A stretch of DNA of 64,000 nt from NCBI GenBank assembly GCA_963667195.1, contig OY762962.1, positions 1,048,883 through 1,112,882 on the forward strand, written 5' to 3'. Below the pieces are notes generated by a model. That model saw only the letters and a list, made by a program, of their open reading frames with translations, was not told where the DNA came from and did not search any database. The stretch comes from Christensenellaceae bacterium (lineage in GTDB: Bacteria; Bacillota; Clostridia; Christensenellales; CAG-138). The translations under genes were made by a program, and so were the position numbers. Below are positions 56,355-64,000 of this stretch, piece after piece (the first letter of the stretch is position 1; each line of letters opens with the position of its first letter).

Positions 56355-57878
56355 TTAGTTCAGTTCGCCCGTGATCGCTTCCACGGCCAAGATCAGCCGG
56401 CCCTCGATCACGATGCGCTCGCATTTTTGCATCTGTTCATACATCAGGATATCGTGCTCGATGAGCGGAACTTCCCGCCGGAGCACGCCGTATGCCGCGT
56501 GCGTCGCGGGAGCGAGCTTCGCTTCTCCGATCAGCCCCGCTGCCTGTCCCGCCGCGAAGAGCTCGATGGCGAGCACGCGCTGCGCGTTTTTGAGGATCTC
56601 GACCGCTTTTCGCGCCGCGATGGTGCCCATACTGACGTGATCCTCCTGATTGGCGGAGGAGGGAATCGAGTCCACGCTCGCGGGATGCGCGAGCACCTTG
56701 TTTTCGGAAACCAGCGCCGCCGCCGCGTATTGCGCGATCATAAACCCGCTGTTGAGTCCGCCGTTGGGAGCGAGGAACGCGGGCAGGTGGTTGTTGAGCG
56801 CGGGGTTGACGAGACGCTCCGTCCTCCGTTCGGAAACGTTGGCATATTCCGCGAGCGCGATGGCGAGAAAGTCGAACACGAGCGCCATCGGCTGACCGTG
56901 AAAGTTTCCGCCGGAGATGACGTCTCCCTCTTTCGGGAAGATCAAGGGATTATCGGTAACGGCGTTGATTTCGCGGCTGACCGCGTTACAGACGTACTCA
57001 ATCGCATCCCTGCTCGCGCCGTGAATCTGCGGAATGCAGCGGATCGAGTACGCGTCCTGTACCTTGCCGGGAATATTTTCGCCGGAAAGCTGGCTGTCTT
57101 TGAGGATGTTTCTCAGGTTTTCCGCACAGGCGATCTGCCCCGCGTGACCGCGCAGCTGATGCACGCGCGGATCAAACGCCTTTGTGATGCAGCTCTGCGC
57201 CTCGCAAGTCAAAGACGCGATGATGTCCGCGTTCTTACTTAGGCGCACCGCGTCGTAAACGCAGAGCGCGCCGATGGCGGTCATCACCTGCGTGCCGTTG
57301 ATGAGAGCGAGGCCTTCCTTTGCCGCGAGCCGAATCGTCGGAATCCCCGCGCGGCGCATGGCCTCGCTGCCCGCGAGAATCTCGCCGCAATACTCCGCCT
57401 GACCTAAACCTATCATCGGCAGCACCATGTGCGCCAGGGGAACGAGGTCTCCGCTTGCGCCGAGGCTGCCTTTTTCGGGAATCACGGGATGCACGCCCGC
57501 GTTGAGCATCTTGAGCAGCGTCTCCATCGTGGAAAGCCGGATGCCGGAGAATCCGCTGACCAGCGCGTTGAGGCGAAGCAGCATCACGCCGCGCACCACC
57601 TCGGAAGGAAGCGCTTCTCCCGTGCCGCAGGCGTGGCTCACGATCAGGTTCCGCTGGAGTTCCGCCGTGTCCTCGTCCGCAATGCGCGTGTCGGAGAACT
57701 TGCCAAAGCCGGTGGTGAGTCCGTAGACCGCCTCGCCGCTCTTGAGCATCGCCTCCACATGCGCGCGGGAAAGATTGACGGCCTCGCACGCTTCCTGCGA
57801 AAGCTCCGCCGCTTCCCGCTCGCGCGCCACGCGGGCAACCTCTTCTATCGTCAGCGTAATTCCGTTTAACTCGATCAT
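56355..57878 (-). CDS. hutH: histidine ammonia-lyase
   Basis: MIO-forming motif GSLGASGDLVPLAH; 507 aa. Confidence 0.95.
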   Translation of the reverse strand: MIELNGITLTIEEVARVAREREAAELSQEACEAVNLSRAHVEAMLKSGEAVYGLTTGFGKFSDTRIADEDTAELQRNLIVSHACGTGEALPSEVVRGVMLLRLNALVSGFSGIRLSTMETLLKMLNAGVHPVIPEKGSLGASGDLVPLAHMVLPMIGLGQAEYCGEILAGSEAMRRAGIPTIRLAAKEGLALINGTQVMTAIGALCVYDAVRLSKNADIIASLTCEAQSCITKAFDPRVHQLRGHAGQIACAENLRNILKDSQLSGENIPGKVQDAYSIRCIPQIHGASRDAIEYVCNAVSREINAVTDNPLIFPKEGDVISGGNFHGQPMALVFDFLAIALAEYANVSERRTERLVNPALNNHLPAFLAPNGGLNSGFMIAQYAAAALVSENKVLAHPASVDSIPSSANQEDHVSMGTIAARKAVEILKNAQRVLAIELFAAGQAAGLIGEAKLAPATHAAYGVLRREVPLIEHDILMYEQMQKCERIVIEGRLILAVEAITGELN

Positions 57879-58227
57879 AAGATATACCCCGTCAAATCGT
57901 TTGCATTTCTTCGGATAAATTGAGTCTATCCTGCATAATCATCCACGTCAATACAAACCGGCAAATTTCATAAGAATCCGTTTTTGCCCGATTCACGGCT
58001 TTTTCTGTGCGCTGTATTAACGCGCTAAAGTGCATAAATACAATTTTGTCTGTCTAAACGAAATATTTGGTTCCGCTGCACGTTCGTCGCGAAAAAGACG
58101 GATATTTCCCGACTTCGATCGCGCAAAAAACCGCAGAGTTGCTGGGTTTTTTCAGTGTAACATAGTCACGGTTTCGATACGTCACATCCAGTACAATAAC
58201 ACTATCAACAGCAAAGGAGCAAACGTC

Positions 58228-58536
58228 ATGTCTACCAAGGTCATTACGAAGGATAACTTCGATGCAGAAGTTTTAAAGGAAAGCAAAACCGTACTCCTCG
58301 ATTTCTGGGCAAGCTGGTGTGGCCCATGCCGCATGGTATCCCCCATCATCGACGAGATTGCAAACGAAAGGGCAGACCTGAAGGTCGGTAAAGTCAATGT
58401 AGACGAGCAGCCCGAACTCGCAGCCAAGTTTGGCGTTATGAGCATCCCCACGCTCATCGTCATGAAGGACGGCAAAGTGGTCAATCAGACCGCAGGCGCC
58501 CGTCCCAAGCCCCAAATTCTCTCCTTGATTCCGTAA
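58228..58536 (+). CDS. trxA: thioredoxin
   Basis: WCGPC active site, AAAGGAG RBS; 102 aa. Confidence 0.95.
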   Translation: MSTKVITKDNFDAEVLKESKTVLLDFWASWCGPCRMVSPIIDEIANERADLKVGKVNVDEQPELAAKFGVMSIPTLIVMKDGKVVNQTAGARPKPQILSLIP

Positions 58537-58625
58537 GAAAAACTGCAAGCAACGCAAAGCGCCGCCCGGCTCCACCCGGACGGCGCTTTGTGGCTACTAT
58601 CGCTTCATTTATCCAATACCATTCC

Positions 58626-59702
58626 TCAATTTCCAATTCTAGAAATGTTTCCCCGCAAGATTACAAACCCCTCCGTCATAATCTCCATTACCTTTGTGAA
58701 AAGCTCCGGTAGCTCGTTTGTCCGGTCGCTTTCCCCGATCAGATAGCTTACAACAACGTTTGTGATTTCTGAGATGGTTCCAGCTCCTTCGCGAAACCGG
58801 ACGGATGCCTTCAGAATAGCTTCGTCTCCATATTCGCGCCCTAAGTCGCTCAAAACTCGGCTCATTTTATCAAAGCCGCCACAAAAATCTACTTCGTCCG
58901 GTTCCTGAATACCGCGCAGTTTATTTGGTAAAGTTGGCACCGTGCCAAAAAATGTCACCAGATTGGTAAGCAGTTTATCATAGTCTTTTTTCGCGAGTTC
59001 TTCCTTCAACTGCGGTAAATCGGTTATCAGCTTCTGAAACCCCTTTCTCCCGACAAACCCCACCGGCGGGTTCAGAAATTGTTCACCTCTTTTTGACAAA
59101 GCTTCCTTTGCAATTTGGTATTTGTCCTTTACGGCGATCATTCGGATGGTGCAGACCGTGTTCGGTTTTGACAAACCTGGATAGCTGCAATTCCATGCGG
59201 AGCGCAGTTCATCATAGGAAAGCGTCTGAACCGCCTCGCGCCCGCAATCATGCAGAAAAACACACTGAGTATCATCAGAGTAGCCTATCATCAATACATA
59301 ATGAAAAGGGATATGTTCTTTATGATAGAGTTTTAAGAAGTATGGCAGATAGTACATATCCAGAGCACCCAGAACCGTCGGATGTCCGCTGTCAATTTCC
59401 GTTTTTGCTTTATTTAATGCTTGCTCAAATGTTTTGTATTCGTAGTGTTTATACTCAAACCCTACGATAGGCGCTAGAAACGAATACATCAGTTTTGTGC
59501 GTCCGTCTCCAAGCGCTATCATTCGTTTCAACTCAGCTTTTGGTGTTTTCATGTAGCAGAATGCGCCAAACCCGGATAGCGTAAAAAAGAAACTAGGCGG
59601 CAGTGACTGCCCGCTTTGCTGCATATATAGATCTTCAATTCCATTCCACATGCACTCATAATCGTCCATGTGGTGCTGCAACACAATCTGTTTTCCGTGC
59701 AT
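58626..59702 (-). CDS. BtrH-N-like / DUF4872-like protein (papain-like Cys-peptidase-fold candidate)
   Basis: 358 aa from MHGKQIVLQHHMDDYECMWNG... The Cys/His pattern resembles the BtrH N-terminal family (recollection). Low G+C. RBS AGGAG. Confidence 0.6.
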   Translation of the reverse strand: MHGKQIVLQHHMDDYECMWNGIEDLYMQQSGQSLPPSFFFTLSGFGAFCYMKTPKAELKRMIALGDGRTKLMYSFLAPIVGFEYKHYEYKTFEQALNKAKTEIDSGHPTVLGALDMYYLPYFLKLYHKEHIPFHYVLMIGYSDDTQCVFLHDCGREAVQTLSYDELRSAWNCSYPGLSKPNTVCTIRMIAVKDKYQIAKEALSKRGEQFLNPPVGFVGRKGFQKLITDLPQLKEELAKKDYDKLLTNLVTFFGTVPTLPNKLRGIQEPDEVDFCGGFDKMSRVLSDLGREYGDEAILKASVRFREGAGTISEITNVVVSYLIGESDRTNELPELFTKVMEIMTEGFVILRGNISRIGN

Positions 59703-59770
59703 AAAAAAAGCTCCTGTCATATGTTCGTATGATAGGAGCATAAACGCTAGTACAATGCGAGAGTCAAGCA

Positions 59771-60583
59771 CTATTTCTTGATTGGGAAGCAGATTTCAGT
59801 GACAAATTTTTCCGGGTTTGGTTCGTTATCTGGTGAGAGATAATAGATGTTATATGCCTTGCCTACCAGTCGGTACCCGTTCTCAATACTCCAACGGTAG
59901 ATATAACTGTTGATTTCGCCGATGTGATTATAGATGCCCTCAAACGCAACAACAGCCGCTTCCATTTCGGGTATCTCCGAAAACTTAAGCTCTCCGGCAC
60001 ACGACTCAAGCCGTTCGACAACACGGAAGACTTCTGTGTCGATACTGGGCTTTTCAAAATCAACGTCATGCGTCATCGCAAATGAGTATTGCATATCGGC
60101 AAACTTAACATTTTGCTTTTTGCACGCCCTATTCAAGCGTTCCCACAAAAGCCCTTCCTCCGAGAACGATCGTATGTTGTCACGCAAGCTTACGACCTTG
60201 CGCGCTGGAAGGTGCTTAACACTGATGGATAGCGTATATGCGTTCTTCTGGTCGAGTTCTTTAAGTGCCTGCCTCATCTTCGCAATCTGACTTACTGTGT
60301 TTTGCAGGTTTTCTTCTTTTTCTATGATCTTGTTTTCCAAAAACATCTTGATCCGATCATCCACCGTGCCACATTCCAGAATTCTAGAGATATCGTTTAA
60401 TCCAAATCCTAGACTCTTTAGTGTCTGAATATAATTCGCATGGACGATTTGCTTTTCGCAGTAGAAACGATAGTTGTTTATTCGGTCTACCTGCTCCGGT
60501 CTCAGCAACCCGATCTTGTCATAATTTCGAAGCATATGGATGCTGATTCCGGTCAGAGCCGAGAATTCTCCGATTTTCAGCAT
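59771..60583 (-). CDS. MerR family transcriptional regulator with C-terminal GyrI-like effector-binding domain
   Basis: MLKIGEFSALTGISIHMLRNYDKIGLL... HTH, then a coiled coil and a GyrI-like domain; 270 aa. Confidence 0.85.
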   Translation of the reverse strand: MLKIGEFSALTGISIHMLRNYDKIGLLRPEQVDRINNYRFYCEKQIVHANYIQTLKSLGFGLNDISRILECGTVDDRIKMFLENKIIEKEENLQNTVSQIAKMRQALKELDQKNAYTLSISVKHLPARKVVSLRDNIRSFSEEGLLWERLNRACKKQNVKFADMQYSFAMTHDVDFEKPSIDTEVFRVVERLESCAGELKFSEIPEMEAAVVAFEGIYNHIGEINSYIYRWSIENGYRLVGKAYNIYYLSPDNEPNPEKFVTEICFPIKK

Positions 60584-60644
60584 AAATCGTTTCTCTCTAT
60601 CTGATCAAATAGGCTGTGAACATATCGATTCGCTACGGATCGAA

Positions 60645-61301
60645 TTACCCTGCCTTTGCGTCCAGCTTGCAGCGGTCTACGATGGTGACGCCGCCGCGGG
60701 AGAGCGAAACCATGCCCTCTTCCTGAAAATACTTGAGCATGCGGGTGACCACCTCGCGCGCGGTGCCCATATGGTTTGCAATCTTCTCGTGCGTGATATC
60801 CAGCGTATCGCAATCCTCAATCGCGCTCTCTTCCAGCAGGAAGGTCGCAAGCCGGGTGTCAAAGCGCTTGAACAGGATTTGGTCCATGAGCCACATTACC
60901 TCGGTAAAGCGCGAGGCAAGCACCTGGCAGGTGTAGTTCGCCAGCGGCGCGCTGCGCTCCATCACCTCACGGTAGGTTTCGGTTTGAATCAGCCAGAGGT
61001 CGGAATCCTTCTCGGTCTCAATCGTGACCTCAAAGCGAATACTGGACATCATGCAGGCCGCCGAAAACAGGCAGATATCCCGCTCCAACAGTCGATAGAG
61101 CGTAACCTCTCTGCCCTCATCGGAGACGATGTAGGACCTGAGCTGTCCGCTCTTGATGACGAGCACGCCGATGCAGTCCGCAGAGCCGTTGTGCACAATC
61201 GTCCCTTTCGGCACACTGCGAAAGATGGCGGCGGCCTCCAGTGCCTGCTGGTCTTCCTTCGAAAGCTGCTTCCAGATTGGCAAATAGGTGTCGAGTCCCA
61301 T
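60645..61301 (-). CDS. Crp/Fnr family transcriptional regulator
   Basis: cNMP-binding-like domain followed by the HTH ITHEKIANHMGTAREVVTRMLK; 218 aa. It is divergent from the superoxide reductase gene. Confidence 0.85.
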   Translation of the reverse strand: MGLDTYLPIWKQLSKEDQQALEAAAIFRSVPKGTIVHNGSADCIGVLVIKSGQLRSYIVSDEGREVTLYRLLERDICLFSAACMMSSIRFEVTIETEKDSDLWLIQTETYREVMERSAPLANYTCQVLASRFTEVMWLMDQILFKRFDTRLATFLLEESAIEDCDTLDITHEKIANHMGTAREVVTRMLKYFQEEGMVSLSRGGVTIVDRCKLDAKAG

Positions 61302-61535
61302 AACGATCCTCCAAAATGTTCTCTTTTCTGATTATACCCTGTTTTTCCCGTCTTTGCGATGAAGTTTTCAAAAACCTTCCTATTCGGTGCGTTTTCTGTT
61401 TTTTTCTGTCTCTTCACGTAAAATTTACCATCTTGTCTGGATATTTCCTTCCAGAATTCTTATAATATAAGCAAGACGTATATATGTCGCTAACAGGAAT
61501 TATTATTAGATAGTGACATTGTTACGGATTCGGTG

Positions 61536-61549
61536 TATCATACATGATA
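61536..61549. promoter_or_regulatory. 14-bp palindrome, candidate operator upstream of desulfoferrodoxin
   Basis: TATCAT-AC-ATGATA, perfect dyad, about 125 nt upstream of the ATG at 61674. Confidence 0.3.
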
Positions 61550-61673
61550 GAATCCCTCGAAGACAGTCGGAAAGCCGACATCAACTTTTCATTCGGATTC
61601 CCATGGACGCGGAGCACCGCGAACAAAGAGCACTCATAAAATATCGATCAAACGATCAAGGAGGAACTTCATC

Positions 61674-62057
61674 ATGACATGTGAAACCCGTTTCTTCCGC
61701 TGCGAAATCTGCGGCAACCTCGTTGGCATGATTCACTCGTCCGGAGCCCCGATGACCTGCTGCGGCCAGCATATGACCGAGCTGATCCCCGGCAGCGTTG
61801 ACGCGAGCCATGAAAAGCACGTCCCCGTCATCAAGGTGGAAGGCGACAAGTGCACCGTTCATGTTGGCAGCGTCGATCACCCGATGCTTGAGGAACACCA
61901 CATCGCATGGGTCTATCTGCAGACGGACGACGGCGGACAGCGCAAGTGTCTGGCCGTTGGCGGCAAACCCGAAGCCGTGTTCGCGCTCGGCGGTGCGAAG
62001 GTCGTTGCGGCCTACGCCTACTGCAACCTGCATGGCCTCTGGAAGGCGACGCTGTAA
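61674..62057 (+). CDS. dfx: desulfoferrodoxin (2Fe superoxide reductase)
   Basis: N-terminal desulforedoxin Cys motifs (CEICGN...CCG) plus an SOR domain with His/Cys ligands (HVP..., CNLHGLW); 127 aa. Confidence 0.9.
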   Translation: MTCETRFFRCEICGNLVGMIHSSGAPMTCCGQHMTELIPGSVDASHEKHVPVIKVEGDKCTVHVGSVDHPMLEEHHIAWVYLQTDDGGQRKCLAVGGKPEAVFALGGAKVVAAYAYCNLHGLWKATL

Positions 62058-62088
62058 AAACCTCTCGCGAGAACAAAATCGCAGCCTG

Positions 62089-62124
62089 CACCCTCCGGTC
62101 TTTTCCGGAGGGTGTTGTTTTTTT
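62089..62124 (+). terminator. rho-independent terminator after dfx
   Basis: CACCCTCCGG-tctttt-CCGGAGGGTG followed by a T-run. Confidence 0.85.
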
Positions 62125-62560
62125 CGTCTGGATCGATCGGTATGAAATTCGACAATATACGCAAAAAACACTTTACAGATGAACAAAAATATCATATGTT
62201 CAAATTGCTCGCAAACGAGGTTCGTTGAATATCGCGTTTCGGTTCTGTCTCGGTTTTATGCGATTGGATCGCTCGTTATACGACTTTTTGCCGCTGATCG
62301 TATCTCTGCCGTCCGTGCGGGAAATTGAATTTCTCCACCACTTTACAAGGAGAGCCATGTTGGGCGGCAGCCCCAATGCCGCGAAAAAACGCCTGATTTA
62401 TAGTGCGAATCATGCTATTATAGACATATATCGCAATGTATACCCCACTTTCTATTGAATGCGCGCCGTTACACTGTTATAATCTGTGATATGGGTACCT
62501 TTCGGGAAATGTCTTTATACAATCGTTTCCGGGGTTCCCGTTCGAAGGGAGGCGCACCGG

Positions 62561-63247
62561 ATGACGACCGCCATCATCGTTCTGCTCTTCTTTGGATGCG
62601 CAGCGGAAACGGTGTTTATCCTCCTCGAGCACAGCAAAAAGATACTCTCGGCGCTGCTGTTTAAGGCGCTGGCCTCGCTGCTGTTTGTGCTCGCCGGCGT
62701 GTTTGCGTTTTCGCTTGCCACCCGCCTGAGCTTCGCGCGGCTCGTCCTCGTTGGACTCATGCTCGGCGCCATCGGAGACGTTTGCCTCAACCTTCGATTT
62801 CTCATCACGGACGGCGCAAAGCGCGCGTTTATGCTTGGCATAGCAAGCTTCTTGCTGGGGCACGTCGCCTATGTTCTCGCGCTGGTCTCCTGCGCGCCCG
62901 CGGCGCTGATTTACTCGCTGCCCGCGGCCGCAGTGGTTTCGTTTTTCCTGATTCGATTTGTGCTTACCCGCATCGAGGTCGAAGGTTCGATCAAGACCTT
63001 CGGCATCGTCTATCTCTGCGTGGTGTTTCTCATGGCCTGCGTCGCGCTCGCAATGTTTTTGCTGGAGCCGCAAAACACAGGCCGGGCCATATTTGCTCTC
63101 GGCGGGGTGCTCTTTGCCGCGAGCGACGTGCTGCTGGTGCTGGGTCAGTTTGGCCGTCGCACCTATCGCGGCTTTCGGGCGCTCAACCTCTCGCTCTACT
63201 ACATCGGGCAGGTTTGCATCTGCCTCACGATCGCGCTGATGCGCTGA
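62561..63247 (+). CDS. YhhN family (lysoplasmalogenase-like) membrane protein
   Basis: Start MTTAIIVLL behind AGGGAGG. Multi-TM protein with the GDxxL and LLGHxxY motifs typical of YhhN; 228 aa. Confidence 0.75.
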   Translation: MTTAIIVLLFFGCAAETVFILLEHSKKILSALLFKALASLLFVLAGVFAFSLATRLSFARLVLVGLMLGAIGDVCLNLRFLITDGAKRAFMLGIASFLLGHVAYVLALVSCAPAALIYSLPAAAVVSFFLIRFVLTRIEVEGSIKTFGIVYLCVVFLMACVALAMFLLEPQNTGRAIFALGGVLFAASDVLLVLGQFGRRTYRGFRALNLSLYYIGQVCICLTIALMR

Positions 63248-63393
63248 TCACACCTATATCTGCTTCCCCACAAGCGCACGAAGCGCTTGCCTGTATAAAT
63301 ACCTTGTGGCGCAGCTTTTTTTTGCGTACCGTGTAAAAAAGCCAGAGCCGCATCCAAGCAATCAGGAAGGAAGCCAACCGGTTAATAACACAT

Positions 63394-64000
63394 ATGAAAC
63401 AAGAAGGCCTGAAGAAGTCGTTCGTTCACGCGATGCAGCAGAAGATATTCTCCGGAGAATATCAGATCGGCCAGCAATTACCGCCGGAGCGCGAATTGGC
63501 ACAGGAGCTGGGGGTCAGCCGCTCGCTGGTCAACACCGGCATTCTTGAGCTCGCAAATCAGGGCTTTATCCGCATCATCCCGCGCCAGGGCAGCATCATT
63601 GCGGACTACAAACGCAACGGAACGCTGCAGGTGCTCAGCGCGCTGATGAACTGCGACAGTTTCCGTCTCGATTATCCGCTCTTGTGCAATCTCGTCGACC
63701 AGCGGATTTTGATCGAGTGCGAGTGTGCGCGGCTTGCCAGCGCGCATGCTTCGGCGGACGAATTCGAGTCGCTTCGCGTACTCGCGCAGTGCATCAAGAG
63801 CGCGGTCAACCCGCTCGACGCGGTGGAGCCGATGGTTCGCTTTCACTATCTCCTGACGCAGTATTCCGGCAACGCGGTCTACGCCATGACGTATAAGAGC
63901 TTTGAATCGACCATTGCGCGGCTGATTCGGCAGCACCTGACGCTCGCGCCGGATATCCCCAAGTCCGCAAAGCTGCACGAATCTCTCGTGCGCTCGCTGG
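63394..64000 (+). CDS. GntR family transcriptional regulator, FadR/FCD-type (3' end outside window)
   Basis: Open frame from the ATG at 63394 to the window edge. It has a winged HTH ...LPPERELAQELGVSRSLVNTGILELANQGFIRI... followed by a helical FCD-like domain. Confidence 0.85.
   Translation, partial: MKQEGLKKSFVHAMQQKIFSGEYQIGQQLPPERELAQELGVSRSLVNTGILELANQGFIRIIPRQGSIIADYKRNGTLQVLSALMNCDSFRLDYPLLCNLVDQRILIECECARLASAHASADEFESLRVLAQCIKSAVNPLDAVEPMVRFHYLLTQYSGNAVYAMTYKSFESTIARLIRQHLTLAPDIPKSAKLHESLVRSL

Overview
This 64-kb chromosomal window looks like a high-G+C Clostridia genome. That placement is inferred from gene content and protein sequences only; no search was run.

The backbone is housekeeping:
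- DNA repair and replication: radA, dnaX-ybaB-recR, mutY, nth.
- Amino-acid metabolism: pepT, DUF1015-lysC, arcA plus an ornithine carbamoyltransferase, and a hutH-hutU-ftcD-hutI histidine operon.
- Other core genes: trxB-glmM-nth-obg, aconitase-icd, trxA, desulfoferrodoxin.
- Two tRNAs: Arg-CCG and Met-CAT.

Several visibly lower-G+C islets interrupt this backbone (spot counts of a few 60-nt lines only):
- a cell-surface glycosylation cluster at 1-5030;
- a Fic gene at 18.4-19.6 kb;
- an orphan membrane protein next to tRNA-Met;
- a MerR/BtrH-like pair at 58.6-60.6 kb.

The main finding is that five minus-strand genes (tRNA-Arg, lysC, argF, arcA, hutI) each have one or two extra copies of their own 3' end just downstream.
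- The displaced coding copies stay in frame and keep their own stop codon.
- In lysC, argF and arcA the copies differ only by synonymous changes.
- The intervening 'cargo' ranges from 23 bp to a 1.3-kb Fic cassette.
- No integrase, transposase or reverse transcriptase lies anywhere in the window.

I read this as a recurrent gene-3'-end-replacement insertion signature, made by either trans-mobilised or decayed mini-cassettes.

Other points worth a second look:
- a promoter-driven ~235-nt structured non-coding region upstream of a zinc-ribbon gene (6S-like architecture, family unverified);
- three tandem paralogous lipoproteins with Pro/Thr linkers;
- a GtrA-like gene split by an in-frame TGA;
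- a second HTH-Fic gene next to an internal-repeat protein.

No CRISPR array, rRNA, IS element or prophage was seen.
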